From assembly GCF_004010195.1 (NCBI RefSeq), contig NC_057758.1:7146277-7210276 (forward strand): 64,000 nt of DNA, read 5' to 3'. The position numbers were made by a program, and so were the translations under genes. Source of the stretch: Chiloscyllium plagiosum. Its lineage: Eukaryota. Shown here in pieces: positions 49,825 to 62,990 of the stretch. The notes beneath the pieces were generated by a model. It was given only the letters and a program-made list of their open reading frames with translations. It searched no databases and was not told the DNA's origin. Numbering within the stretch: position 1 is the first letter of the stretch; each line of letters begins with the position of its first letter.

Positions 49825-49879
49825 TCTCATGACTGTTACACATGAAATGGAAGGTAACATTCATCCATTCAAAACAGCC

Positions 49880-52800
49880 ATAAACAAATACGTAGTGGAC
49901 TGATTAGTCAGGCGGGTGCAGGGATAAATTTGGTTTAAATCAGTCTTGATCAGTTTGACACAAATTAACAACTGCAGTGACACATTGACCCATGCTGGGG
50001 CCTCACCTATTTGCAAACGATATCATGGTTTCAAATCATGCAACAAACCTGCTCTAACTAAATTTGAAATGACACTAAGCGAGACAGGAACTGAAATTAT
50101 CAAGAGGAGGTAGGGAATTTCTAATTGGATAAGCAATGGACAACAATCTGACAGCTGGAATATAACGTGGGTAACCATGAATCTGTGAATGTTTCAGGCA
50201 GAATAAAACATTGTATACTACATAAACAGGGAGAGATTACAGGAGTCAATGATACAGTGTGTACTGGAAAATTCACTCTGACACTTTCAGACATCGGAAG
50301 TGTTGCTTCATCTCCATGATGGTCTGTTCACCGATGTTCCTGGGACCCCATTGCTCTCAGTACACACGTGGTAGTTTGATGTGGTTGTTTGACGACTGGG
50401 ACACAACTTTATTTCCTCTTGAAAAATAAGACAGGGTATGTGATTGAGCTGTTACACTCATATCATTTTGGAACGAGTCATTGTCATTCCCTCGGTTTGA
50501 CAATAGTTCCAGAAAAGGCGAGACCATGTCCACAAATTAACTTTATAATTAAGGGCAATTTTGATGGCATTAGGCAGGAAAATATAAAAGTAAGTCACAG
50601 AAAAACTGTTTGAGTTTGAAGGACGCCTGGAAGTGGGCATCTTTCAAAAGTGAGATAATTAAAGTCCAGGGACAACGTGTTCCTGTTAGTGTGAAGAGGA
50701 ATGCTCGCAGGAGTAGGGAATAGCACATGACAAGAGATATTATGCTTTGGTCAATGAAAAAGAAGGAGACATATGTCTGTTGTAGGAAGCGAGGATCAAA
50801 GGAATCCCTTGAGCGTCCAAGGTGTTGGAGTACGCTTACGGCGGAAATCAGAAGGGCAAACAGGGAACATGTGATCACTTTGGCTGATAAGGTTAAAGGG
50901 AATGAAAAAAAATCCTGCAAGTATATTAGCGCAAAAGACAAACTAAGGAGGGAATAGTGCTGCTTACAAATCAAACTGCTATCTATGTGTGTTTCCACAG
51001 GAGATGAATTAGGTTTATTACGTTTATTGTCACATGCACTCATATGAGAACAGTGAAGAGCTTACAAGTCACGACATGCGACACAATTTTACATAAAGAG
51101 GTAAACCCCTCCAGCTACAGAATCTTAGTGAAAAGTGGGAAAATAAAAACACCAAAGTTAAAATGTAAAACATTGCAGCCCTTCATTTAACAGTGGAAAT
51201 ATAGAAAGACAGTGACCATTTCAACAACACAATCCATAAGCGCTTGGCCATGCTGGGTACGCACTCCTCATAAGGACTGAAACTCCCAGACTCCTCTGCC
51301 TTGCAGCCTGCTCCTGTTCTATGAGTGAGATCATACAAAAATATATCCCGCATCAATATTTACTGTGGAGAAAAAGATGGAAGTGAGGCAACTCAGGGAA
51401 ATAAATCCATGCAGTGATGTTTCGAATTGAGACCAAATTACAGAAGAGGAAGTGGTGAAGTTCTTCAAATACATAACCGTAAATTAATACCCAGGGCATG
51501 TTCAAGCGTATCCCAGGTCATTGTGGGAAGCTGGGGAAGAAATTGTGGAGCCCCTAGCGGAGATATTCGTATTATCCTCAGAGTTGTGATGAAGGGTCCC
51601 TGGTCCCGAAACATTATCTCTGTATTCTCTGCACAGATGTTGCCAGACCAGTTGAAATTTACCAGATAGGTTTTGTCTTGTTTCTGATGAAGCATTTGCA
51701 GTTAGTTCAGATTTTATTTGTATCATTGAGAACCACGGGTGACGTGATGAATGGCTCAAAGACAGATAATGTTGGAATATTAATTTGAAAACGGTAGCAA
51801 GGAAAAGGCAGGGCGCTACAGCGCGGTGTGTTTGATGTCAGGGGTGTGTAATTATTTGGAACAGATTCTCAGAAGCAGGATTTACATGCAATCGTAATGG
51901 CAAGTACTGATTTTGGAGTTATCACGGCTTTGTGTATGATAAAATGTGTCTCGCAAACTTGTTTGAAACTTTTCAAGACGTGACCAAGAACATCGATAAA
52001 GGGAAAGCAGCATACGTTGTCAACGTGGACGTTAGTGAGGCCAAGAAAGTTCTGCATGGTAGTCTGGTTAATAAGGTTAGATCGCAGGGGATCAGGGAGA
52101 GCTAGCCAATTCGATTCAAAAGTTAGCTTGACAGCAGGCGACAGAGTGTGGTTGGAGAGATTTGTGGTCCTAACTGATAAACTGCGACCGGCGGTGTGCC
52201 ACAGGACCAGGCAGCTGCTGTTAGTGATCTTTATAAATTATTTGGATGAGAATATAGGTACCATGGATAGTACGTTTGTAGACAAAACCAAAATTTGTGT
52301 TCTAGTGGAAGGTGAGAGGGTCATTTCAAATGACAATGAGATCTTGTTCAACTGGTTCAGTGGGCCATATAATGGCAGATGGAGCTTTATGCAGATAAAT
52401 GCGAGGTATTGCAGCCTGATGGACAAATGCGGGCAGATTTTAATAGTCAATTGGAGGGCTGTAGGGAGTGTTGTGGAGCAGAGACACCTGGGGTGGAGTA
52501 AGAAAGTTGCTTGAAATTAGACCAGCAGGTAGATAGGGATGTGAATAAGGGGTTAGAAATTCTTACCTTCATCGGTCAGAGCATTGGGTATAGGAATTGG
52601 GACATCATGTTATTGCTATACAAGAGAATGATTAATCAACTTTGGGAGTATTGAGTACAGTTCATGTTACCCTTCTATCGGAAGGATGTTATGAACTGGA
52701 AAGAGTACAACATATATAAAATGATTTCACGGAGTCTGGAAGTTTTGCGACATAAGGATAGGTTGAGATTTTGTTCCATTTGCCTAGGAAGTTGAGGGAT

Positions 52801-53170
52801 GACCTAATAGACGTTTATAAAATCACGAAAGGCATGGATAGGATGAATATCCAAGGTATTTTCGCCAAGGTGGCGGTTTCCAAAACCAGAGAGTATAGTT
52901 TTAAGGTGAGACAGACGACATTTAAAGGGGGAGTAAGGGGCAGCTGTTTCTCACAGAGGGTTCTGTTTATATGTAGCGAACGGTTAGTGGTCGTGGTGAG
53001 TACAATTGCAGCATTTCAAAGACGATTGGATTTGTGCATGAATAGGAAAGTTTTGGAGAGGCATGTGCGAAAAGCAGCAATGTGGAACAAGTTCAGCTTG
53101 TGAAACGCGGTGAGGATGGGCGATTTGGCCAAACGATCTGCTTGCACATTGCATGACTGTGAGAGTTGAA
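49880..53170 (+). mobile_element. Decayed CR1 LINE fragments including 3' end
   Basis: Paralogue of 25480-28310, continuing as RKLRDDLIDVYKITKGMDR..FSQRV..FQRRLD. Confidence 0.8.
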
Positions 53171-54659
53171 GACTCTATAACACCTCTTTCATCACTAATT
53201 CTTCACTGTTCCCAATTTACTTACAGGTCAAATATCCTCTGTAAATACTTTCAACAATCTAACTCTCTGAACTTTCTTTAACAGAGTATTTCTGATATGG
53301 ATGTGATGCTGCAGACCACGGCAGGGAAGAGGCAGAATTGTATTCAACCACAAACTGTAACTTTTCTGCAAGGTATAATCCCTCAGTCTACCACGACAAT
53401 CAAGCCGATCTCTTGTTCAGTGACGAGTNNNNNNNNNNNNNNNNNNNNNNNNNNNNNNNNNNNNNNNNNNNNNNNNNNNNNNNNNNNNNNNNNNNNNNNN
53501 NNNNNNNNNNNNNNNNNNNNNNNNNNNNNNNNNNNNNNNNNNNNNNNNNNNNNNNNNNNNNNNNNNNNNNNNNNNNNNNNNNNNNNNNNNNNNNNNNNNN
53601 NNNNNNNNNNNNNNNNNNNNNNNNNNNNNNNNNNNNNNNNNNNNNNNNNNNNNNNNNNNNNNNNNNNNNNNNNNNNNNNNNNNNNNNNNNNNNNNNNNNN
53701 NNNNNNNNNNNNNNNNNNNNNNNNNNNNNNNNNNNNNNNNNNNNNNNNNNNNNNNNNNNNNNNNNNNNNNNNNNNNNNNNNNNNNNNNNNNNNNNNNNNN
53801 NNNNNNNNNNNNNNNNNNNNNNNNNNNNNNNNNNNNNNNNNNNNNNNNNNNNNNNNNNNNNNNNNNNNNNNNNNNNNNNNNNNNNNNNNNNNNNNNNNNN
53901 NNNNNNNNNNNNNNNNNNNNNNNNNNNNCCCCAAGTTAATACCGAAACAGTCTCTGGGAAACGTACCCCCGCAAATACTGAAACACTTCTCACGACCACC
54001 TCCCCCCTTCCCACTGTAAACACTGGCATACTCCTCAGTAACATTCCTGTGAATACTGACACAGTCAACAGGACACCCTCGTAAATGCCGACACTTTCAC
54101 CCGGACACCCCTGTAAATACTGACACATACCATACTAATACCCTGTAAGTGCCGGCCCACGCCCTGGGGACCCCTGCTGTAAATACTGACACACTCCCCG
54201 GCAGCCCTGTTGTAAATATTGATCGACTCTACGGGACCCACCTTATAAATGCAGCCTCTGTCCAGGGAACACCCCGTAAATTCTGACAAACTCCCCAGAG
54301 GCACCGTGTAAAACCTGACACACTCCCTGAACCGCCCCTTTAAATAGCCTCACGCTGAATGGGAATTGACCCTATGAACAATGACACATTCCTCAAAACA
54401 CACCTGAAAATACTGGCCCACTCCCCAGCATACCCCTGTAAATACTGACACACACTCCGAAACGCACCTGTACACACTGACATACTACTCTGCACATCCC
54501 TTTAAACGATGACACACATCCCGGGATCCCAATTTAAATTCCATCACTTTCCGTAGGACACCACTGTAAGTACTAACACATTTCACGGAACCACACTGTA
54601 AGTACTGACATACTGCCTGGGACATCTCTGTAAATATTGATGCATATTTCGGCACAGTT

Positions 54660-54720
54660 CTGTCAATCTGTCTATTTCTCTACCATCTGTCTATCTATAC
54701 ATCTACCTATTTGTCGATCC

Positions 54721-54753
<33 letters not shown>

Positions 54754-54841
54754 TCTATCTCACTGTTTGTTGATCTGTCCATCTATCTGTCTGTCTGTCT
54801 ATCTATCTGTCTATGTATCTACCTGTCCGTCAGTCTATGAT

Positions 54842-54922
<81 letters not shown>
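54660..54922. repeat. (TCTA)n/(TCTG)n compound microsatellite
   Basis: Direct inspection; runs into a gap. Confidence 0.95.
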
Positions 54923-55806
54923 NNNNNNNNNNNNNNNNNNNNNNNNNNNNNNNNNNNNNNNNNNNNNNNNNNNNNNNNNNNNNNNNNNNNNNNNNNNNNN
55001 NNNNNNNNNNNNNNNNNNNNNNNNNNNNNNNNNNNNNNNNNNNNNNNNNNNNNNNNNNNNNNNNNNNNNNNNNNNNNNNNNNNNNNNNNNNNNNNNNNNN
55101 NNNNNNNNNNNNNNNNNNNNNNNNNNNNNNNNNNNNNNNNNNNNNNNNNNNNNNNNNNNNNNNNNNNNNNNNNNNNNNNNNNNNNNNNNNNNNNNNNNNN
55201 NNNNNNNNNNNNNNCCCGTAAATACCGACACTTTCCACCAGGACACCATTGTACATACTGCCATTTACCCAGGTAACCCTCTGCAAATACCGACACACTC
55301 CCTCTGAACACCGCTTGTATTCCTGACGCACTACGTGTCACCCCCTATAAAAATGGACTCTCTCCCCCAGGAGCCCTGTAAATGCTGACACGTTCTTCGG
55401 CACACCCTTGTAAATGTTGTCACATAGCCCTGTTACTTCCCCCTCCCCATAAAGACTGACACACTTCCCGAAGCCCCCACCCATAAATAATGACACATTC
55501 CCGTGGAACGCCCCTGCAAGTAGCCACACACTACCCTGCACGCCCCCACCTTAAATACTGGCCTACGACGTGGAACTCCCACAAAATACTGAAACACTCC
55601 GTGGGACCCAACTGCAAATATGAATACACTACACGACACCCTTAAACACTGACACACTGCCCAGGACCACCTGTAAATACCGGCTAATTCCCTGCCACAT
55701 TCCGATAGATACTAACACATACCCCTTTAACACACTGCAAATACTGACCCACTCCCTGGGACCACCCCTGTAAATACCGACACTCTCCCGGGAACCCCGC
55801 TGTAAA

Positions 55807-56104
55807 GATTAGATTCCCCTACAGTGTGGAATCAGACCCTTCTGCCCAACAGGTCGGCACGAACCAGCCAGACCCATTTCCCTCTGGCTAATGCGCCTAA
55901 CACAACAGGCAGTTTAGCATGACCAATCCAGCAATCCTACACCTGTTTGGATTTTGGGAGGGAAATGGAGCACCCGGGGGAAACCCACGCAGACACGGAG
56001 AGAATGTACAAACTCCACAGAGACAGTCAGGCAAGGCTGCATTCGAACCTGCGTTCTGGCCCTGTGAGGCGGCAGTGCAATTCACTGAGCCACCTTGTCG
56101 CCCC
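55807..56104 (-). mobile_element. tRNA-derived SINE (HE1-like)
   Basis: Same insertion as 14940 and 38124, with shared flank CCCCAAATATTGCCAT. Confidence 0.85.
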
Positions 56105-57748
56105 AAATATTGCCATATTTCCCAAAAAACCCTATAAATTCGACACTCTTCTCTGAACACTCTGCAAATACTGACACACCCATCGAGAAGCCACCAGTAA
56201 GTCCTGACAAACTTCCTGTGGTGCTCCTGTGAATACTGACACACTCCCCAGGATCCCCCTGTGAATAACAATGCATTACCTGGGACACCCCCTGTAAATA
56301 CAGACGATCTCCCTGTGACCCCACCTGTAAATACTGACACACGCCTCAGGAACACCCTTGTAAATGCCGACACAATCCACTGGGACACCCCTGTAAATAC
56401 AAATATATACCCCAGTAACCCTTGCATATGCCGACACACTCGCCGGGAACGCACACCCCCGAAAATACTGACACACTCGTCAGGACACCCCTATAAATAC
56501 TGATACTCTGGAACCTCCTGAAAATACGAACACACAGCACAAGTGCCCACTGTGAATACTGACACACTCCCCGGCATCATCCTGTATACACTGGCACACT
56601 CGGTGGGCGTCCCTGTAAATAATTATACATTCTACGGAAGCGCCCTGTAAATACTGAAATACTCCCCAGGACACCCCACAGGACCACCCTGTAAATGGTG
56701 ACACACATCCCGCATGCCCCCTTGAAATGCCAACGCACTCACTGGCGCCAAGTCGTGGAGATACTAACACACTCCACGGGACCCCCCCACCCCCCCCTCA
56801 ATAATTACCTATACTCACCGAGGGAAATACCTGTCAATACAGACATACTCTCTGGTGTCCCCCTGCAAATAACAGCACACTACTCGGGATGCTGTGTGTA
56901 ATTACTGGCACTCTCCCTGGGATGTCCGTGTTAATATAAAAACACTGCACAGGGAACCCTACTGCAAATAAGAACATTCTCACTGGAATCCCCTGTAAAT
57001 ACTAACACAGTCCCTTGCTTGTGTCCTGTAAATACTGACACACTCCCCAGGACACCACCTTTAAATACTGACACGCTTCGCACGACTCCCACGTAAATAC
57101 TGACATGCTCCACTTGATGCCCCTTAAATATCGACAGACTCCCCAGGTCTCCTTGATAATACCGACACACTCCCCGTGACCCCTTCTGTAAATATTGACA
57201 CAATACACGTGACCCCTCCTGAAAATATTGACAGACTCTGCACCACACCCCAGTAAATACTGAAACACACCCCAGGACCACCCTGAAAATACTGACACGC
57301 TCCCTGGGATCCCCTTGTAAATGTTGACACAATCCCGGGGACCCCACTGCAAATGCCGACACATTCTCCTGAACACCCTGTAAATAACAACACAATCCCC
57401 AGGTCCCACACTAAATAACAACACACTCCCTGGGAGCCCTCTAAATACTGACACACTCCCCGGGACCATATTTGAATACTGGCACACGCCCTGGGAACCC
57501 CCTGCAAATACTGACACATTCCCGAGAACCTTCTTGTAAATAACAACACACTCCCCAGGGCACTCTATATATATCGACACACTCCCCAGGACCCCCCTGT
57601 TAACACTGACACACTCTCCAGAACCCCCACGTAAATAACAACACACTCCCCAGGACCCACTTGAAATACTGGCACACTCCCCGGGACCCCACTATAAATA
57701 CAAACACACTGCATGGTACGGCCCTGTAAATGCTGACTCATTCCCAGG

Positions 57749-57846
57749 AATTACATTCCTGAAGAAGGGCCTGTACCCGAAACGTCGAATCTCCTGTTCC
57801 CTGGATGCTGCCTGACCTGCTGTGCTGTTCCAGCAATAAAGTTTCA
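57749..57846 (+). mobile_element. 98-bp hammerhead-bearing Penelope terminal-repeat insertion with 13-bp TSD
   Basis: ACTCATTCCCAGG at 57736-57748 and 57847-57859. AUUC-CUGAAGA-AGGGCCUGUACCC-GAAA-C-GUC-GAAU at 57755-57790. Confidence 0.85.
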
Positions 57847-58064
57847 ACTCATTCCCAGGGACCCCTTGTAAATACCAACACTCTCCCCAGGACACCCTGC
57901 ATATATCAACACTCTTCATCGGGACCTCCCTTAAAATATTGACACACTCCCTGGTATCCTCCTGTTAATAATGACACACTCTCCGGGATGCTCGCTGTAA
58001 ATGCAGACACTCTCCCTGGGAAACCCCTGTAAATACCGACACACTCCACAAGACTCCCCTGGAA

Positions 58065-58388
58065 AGATTAGGTTAGATTCTCCACAGTGGGGAAATAGGC
58101 CTTTCAGCCCAACAAGTACACACCGCTCCTCCAAAGAGAAACCCACCCAAACCCCTTCCCCTACCTGATATTCACCCCTGACTAACGCACCTTACACTGT
58201 GGGTAATTCAGCATGGCCAATTCACCCGACCCGCACATCTTTGAATTGTAGGAGGAAACCGGAGCACCCGGAGGACACTCACGCAGACACAGGGAGATTG
58301 TGCAAACTCACACAGACAGGTGGGAATCAAAAAAAGGACCCTGATGTTGTGAGGCAGCAGTGCTAACTACTGAGCCACCGTGCCGCCC
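58065..58388 (-). mobile_element. tRNA-derived SINE (HE1-like)
   Basis: Same insertion as 17163 and 41497. Confidence 0.87.
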
Positions 58389-61160
58389 AATACTGACACA
58401 CACTGGGACTCCCTCTAAATACTGACTTGCTCCCCAGACACTCCTGTCAATACAGTCACATTGCGCGGGAACTCCACTGTAAATACTTCACACTTCCCAG
58501 GACCCCCCTGTAAATGCTGAATCCACCCCTGAAAATTCCCTGTGAATAGTGACCACCATGGAAATACCAACAATCTCTCTGGGAACACACTGAAAATACC
58601 GGCGCTCTCCCCGGACTACCCACACAAATACCTATGGTGTCCCCTGACCCCACTGTAAATACTTACATTCCCCACAGGATCCCCCTATAAATACCGACAC
58701 TCTCCTCGGAGACCCCCTGTAAGTAATAATACACTGGCTGCCAATCCCTTGCCAATGCCGAAACACTTCCGGAGACACCCCCCACCTCCCCCCCCCCCCC
58801 ACCTACCCCATAACAACTGACACACTCGCGAGAAGACATACTCCCTGGGAGCAATTGCAAATGCTTAAACTCTTCTCAGGAACCCCCTGCAAATACCAGT
58901 ACAAACCCGGGACAAACCCCGTACATGCTATTATGCTCCCGAGACCACCTGTAAACACTGACACTCTCCAGGGCTCCCCTGTGAATAACAACACAGTCCC
59001 CGGGCCACCGCTTGAAATACTGAAACACCCAAGACACCGTTGTAACTACCAATACACTCACCAGGACACCCTGTATTCACAGACACACTCGTCGGAACAC
59101 CCCTGCAGATATTGACACACTTTCAAGAACCCCTCTGTAAGTATTGATAGACTCCCCAGGAATGTCCGGCAAAAACTGAAATACTCCTGTCCCACTCTGT
59201 ATCATCCTCTCTCTCGAAGATCCCTCTCTCTCTGTCTCTCTCTTCCTCCCCCTCCCTCTTTCAGTCTTTACCCCGCCCACTTTCTGTCTCTCTAACCCAC
59301 TCGTACACACTCTCTCGGCGACCTCCCACTCCCTCTCGACACCCTCCCAATCTCTCCCTATCCTCTCTCTCTGTACCCGACTCTCTTTACTCCTCCCTCT
59401 CTCGCTGCACACACCTCCCACTCTCCCCATCTCTCTTGCTGTACCCGTCCCACTCTCTCTGCCCTCTTGCCACTCTATTTCTCCACCCACTCCCACTCTG
59501 CCTCTCTCTACACCCTCCCTCTGTGTCTCTTCCCACTCCCACTCTCTCACTATCTCCCCACTCTAACTCTCTGTCTGTATACTCCCCTCTCTCTCTCTTT
59601 CTTTCTCCCTCTCTGCTAAGGCTTTCCTCTCCTTATCTTTTTTCTCTACTTTTAATTGCAATTTAAACTGTTTCATTTCCTTTTCATGTTCAAGCTATTT
59701 CCATTTTCAATTGAATTTTAGCCATTTCCAAAGATTCCAATGGCATTCCTGGTGATTGTAAATGCTGTGCAATTACTGAGCCACCGTGCCGCCCAATACT
59801 GACACACACTGGGACTCCCTCTAAATACTGACTTGCTCCCCAGACACTCCTGTCAATACAGTCACATTGCGCGGGAACTCCACTGTAAATACTTCACACT
59901 TCCCAGGACCCCCCTGAAATTCTGAATACACCCCTGAAAATTTCCTGTGAATAGTGACCACCATGGAAATACCAACAATCTCTCTGGGAACACACTGAAA
60001 ATACCGGCGCTCTCCCCGGACCACCCACATAGATACCTATGGTGTCCCCTGACCCCACTGTAAATACTTACAATTCCCCACAGGATCCCCCTATAAATAC
60101 CGACACTCTCCTCGGAGACCCCCTGTAAGTAATAATACACTGGCTGCCAATCCCTTGCCAATGCCGATACACTTCCGGAGACACCCCCCCCCCACCACAT
60201 AAAAACTGACACAGCCGCGAGAAGACATACTCCCTGGGAGCACCTGCAAATGTTTAGACTCTTCTCAGGAACCCCCTGTAAATACCAGTACAAACCCGGG
60301 ACAAACCCCGTACATGCTATTACGCTCCCGAGACCACCTGTAAACACTGACACTCTCCAGGGCTCCCCTGTGAATAACAACACAGTCCCCGAGCCACCGC
60401 TTGAAATACTGAAACACCCAAGACACCGTTGTAACTACCAATACACTCACCAGGACACCCTGTATACACCGACACACTCGTCGGAACACCCCTGTAGATA
60501 TTGACACACTTCCAAGAACCCTTCATAAGTATTGATAGACTCCCCAGGAATGTCCGGCAAACACTGAAATACTCCTGTCCCACTCTGTATCATCCTCTCT
60601 CTCGAAGATCCCTCTCTCTCTTTCTCTCTCTTCCTCCCCTCCCTCTTTCAGTCTTTACCCCGCCCACTTTCTGTCTCTCTAACCCACTCGTACACACTCT
60701 CTCGGCGACCTCCCACTCCCTCTCGACACCCTCCCAATCTCTCCCTATCCTCTCTCTCTATACCGACTCTCTTTACTCCTCCCTCTCTCGCTGCACACAC
60801 CTCCCACTCTCCCCATCTCTCTTGCTGTACCCGTCCCACTCTCTCTGCCCTCTTGCCACTCTATTTCTCCACCCACTCCCACTCTGCCTCTCTCTACACC
60901 CTCCCTCTGTGTCTCTTCCCACTCCCACTCTCTCACTATCTCCCCACTCTAACTCTCTGTCTGTATACTCCCCTCTCTCTCTCTTTCTTTCTCCCTCTCT
61001 GCTAAGGCTTTCCTCTCCTTATCTTTTTTCTCTACTTTTAATTGCAATTTAAACTGTTTCATTTCCTTTTCATGTTCAAGCTATTTCCATTTTCAATTGA
61101 ATTTTAGCCATTTCCAAAGATTCCAATGGCATTCCTGGTGATTGTAAATGCTGTGCAATT
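58369..61160. repeat. ~1.4-kb tandem duplication (58369-59774, 59775-61160)
   Basis: Both units run from ACTGAGCCACCGTGCCGCCC to GTAAATGCTGTGCAATT. Confidence 0.92.
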
Positions 61161-61312
61161 GCCATAAATATCTCCCTTTTCCTCACAGGCACAGACAATT
61201 CCAACTCCATCTCCTTTGCCAATTCCAAAAATCTTTTCTTGCTCACTTCCTGTAAAAACTTCAAAGTGATTTCTTTCACCCTCAGGAAACTCTTAATGAC
61301 TGAAAGAGCCAT
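60990..61312 (-). pseudogene. Gypsy-like LTR retrotransposon gag N-terminus, disrupted
   Basis: MALSVIKSFLRVKEITLKFLQEVSKKRFLELAKEMELELSVPVRKREIFMAIAQHL..SLEMAKIQL followed by E/K/R-rich coiled-coil-like sequence, downstream of an LTR-like region. Confidence 0.6.
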
Positions 61313-61458
61313 TATTACACAAGGCACTCTCTGTTTAAACCAAACAAATTCAAGACCTGAGATAAAAGAAAATAATATTTACCACTTATTACCTTTGAGT
61401 CCAATAATACTAATCCCAAATTGGAACTAGAGATTTTGATCTCAACAACAACCTCCAA

Positions 61459-62109
61459 TGTTTATGGTCCAGACCAACCCCTCCCAAAATATATTAAGAA
61501 GATAGCCTAGATCCTAACTTTTTCTTACTTTAAGGTAAACGTAAGGTGCTTTGTTCCAGAAGCAAATTAATTGGCCAAACTACCAGATTTTATGTAAAAC
61601 ACACTTTATTCATCCACTATTGTTAAACTACAATAAGATAGAAGGAATTGGAATATCTTAACTCTATTGGAAACCTTAACAGAACTATAGATATAGTACC
61701 TACTACTAATTAACTGACCAAATATGCAACATTTCATTAACTCACCCTTGGAAAAAGGCAAATTCAGTCAATCAGATGGTGTTGCATGCAACTCCAGTGA
61801 CCCAGGAGGAGAATATATCAAAAGAAAGAGAGTACAGCAGCTGAGAGAGACCTACTGCAGCTTCTAAGCCTGCTGAGACCCCAACAACAACTGCTACTGA
61901 TAAACTAAAATCCTAAAAATTCTGGTTCTGTGAGAGCTTACCCCCACCCATTCAAGATGATTTTATTGTTCCAACTTTAAAAAAAAACTCAAGGCCTCAC
62001 AAGGTATTTACTCTATTGGTTTTTGTAGACTGCTTACCACCTTTGCCTTAAAACCTCTCTTTTAAAATAAAACAGAACAAAATAACCTCATAAAGCCACA
62101 GTATCATCA
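61459..62109 (-). mobile_element. Putative LTR of the Gypsy-like element
   Basis: TG at 61459 and CA at 62109. On the minus strand the end is followed by TTGGAGGTTG.. (PBS-like TGG start) and then gag. AATAAA at about 61605-61610. Confidence 0.5.
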
Positions 62110-62614
62110 TATCAAATCCTCATCAACAGTATACCACTGTGTTGCCTCTTCTGGTAGATCTCTCCCTCTGATAGGATAGAACGTATCCAGGAATGGTAAT
62201 GGAAGATCCTATCAGAGTTTTTGTTAGGAAACAGGATGTGCAGGGTTGATTTGGCAGGATGTACTAATGTCATTTCGAACACCAGATGGCCCAGCCAGTT
62301 TCAACCTGCTTTGAATTCCCTGTAGAAGTTGATGAACTGAGTAGCTTACTGGGTTCTTTCAGAGGCAGTAAATAATCAAACACTTCGTTATGCGTCTGGA
62401 ATCACGTAAAGGCCAGACCGTTAAGCATAACACATATATTTCTCTAAAGGATATGAATGAATCAAATGATTTTTATCAACATTCTGACAGTCACATTGTC
62501 ACCTTTATTGAGACTAACTTTTAAGTACAGAATTATTAATTGCTTACACTTAAATTCCACAAACCCAATCTGGAATTAAACTCATGTATGGAGCATTAGC
62601 CTGTGATTCTGGGC

Positions 62615-62990
62615 AAGGTTTGACAGGATTTGTAGCTCAGGTTGAGGTTCTGGATGTAGGTTTGCTCGTTGAGCTGGAAGGTTCGCATTCAGACGTTTTG
62701 TCAGCCTACTAGGTAACATCATCAGTGAGCCTCCTGGTGAAGCACTGTTGATGTTTCCTGCTTTCTATTTATATGTTTGGTTGTCTTTGGGTTGGTGATG
62801 TCATTTCCTGTGGTGATGTCATTTCCTGTTCTTTTTCTCAGGGGGTGGTGGATGGGTTCTAACTCTATATGTTCCGGTTGGAATGCCAAACTTCTAGGAA
62901 TTCTCGTGCATGTCTCTGTTTGGCTTGTCCTAGGATGGATGTGTTGTCCCAGTCGAATTGGTGTCCTTCCTATTTCCATGTAAGGATATT
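62615..62990 (-). mobile_element. Penelope-like element 3' fragment (family C-related)
   Basis: GATTTGTAGCTCAGGTTGAGG start. Minus strand FDWDNTSILGQAKQRHAREFLE matches the 49550-49620 peptide. Confidence 0.8.

Larger units (their letters stand above)
35061..52760. repeat. Segmental duplication unit 2
   Basis: Colinear with 12057-28310, plus private insertions at 38621-39460, 48540-48769 and 48847-49824. Confidence 0.92.
53929..60575. repeat. Degenerate ~33-bp satellite array, copy 3 (more diverged, interrupted)
   Basis: Same core, and shares SINE insertion sites and landmark units (e.g. GCACAAGTG.CCACTG) with copies 1 and 2. Confidence 0.9.

Noticed and set aside
53218..53428. Minus-strand GTAAGT donor as the end of GPCR exon 1
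   Set aside because: All three upstream frames hit stops quickly, with no ATG or hydrophobic TM1. A non-coding exon cannot be excluded.
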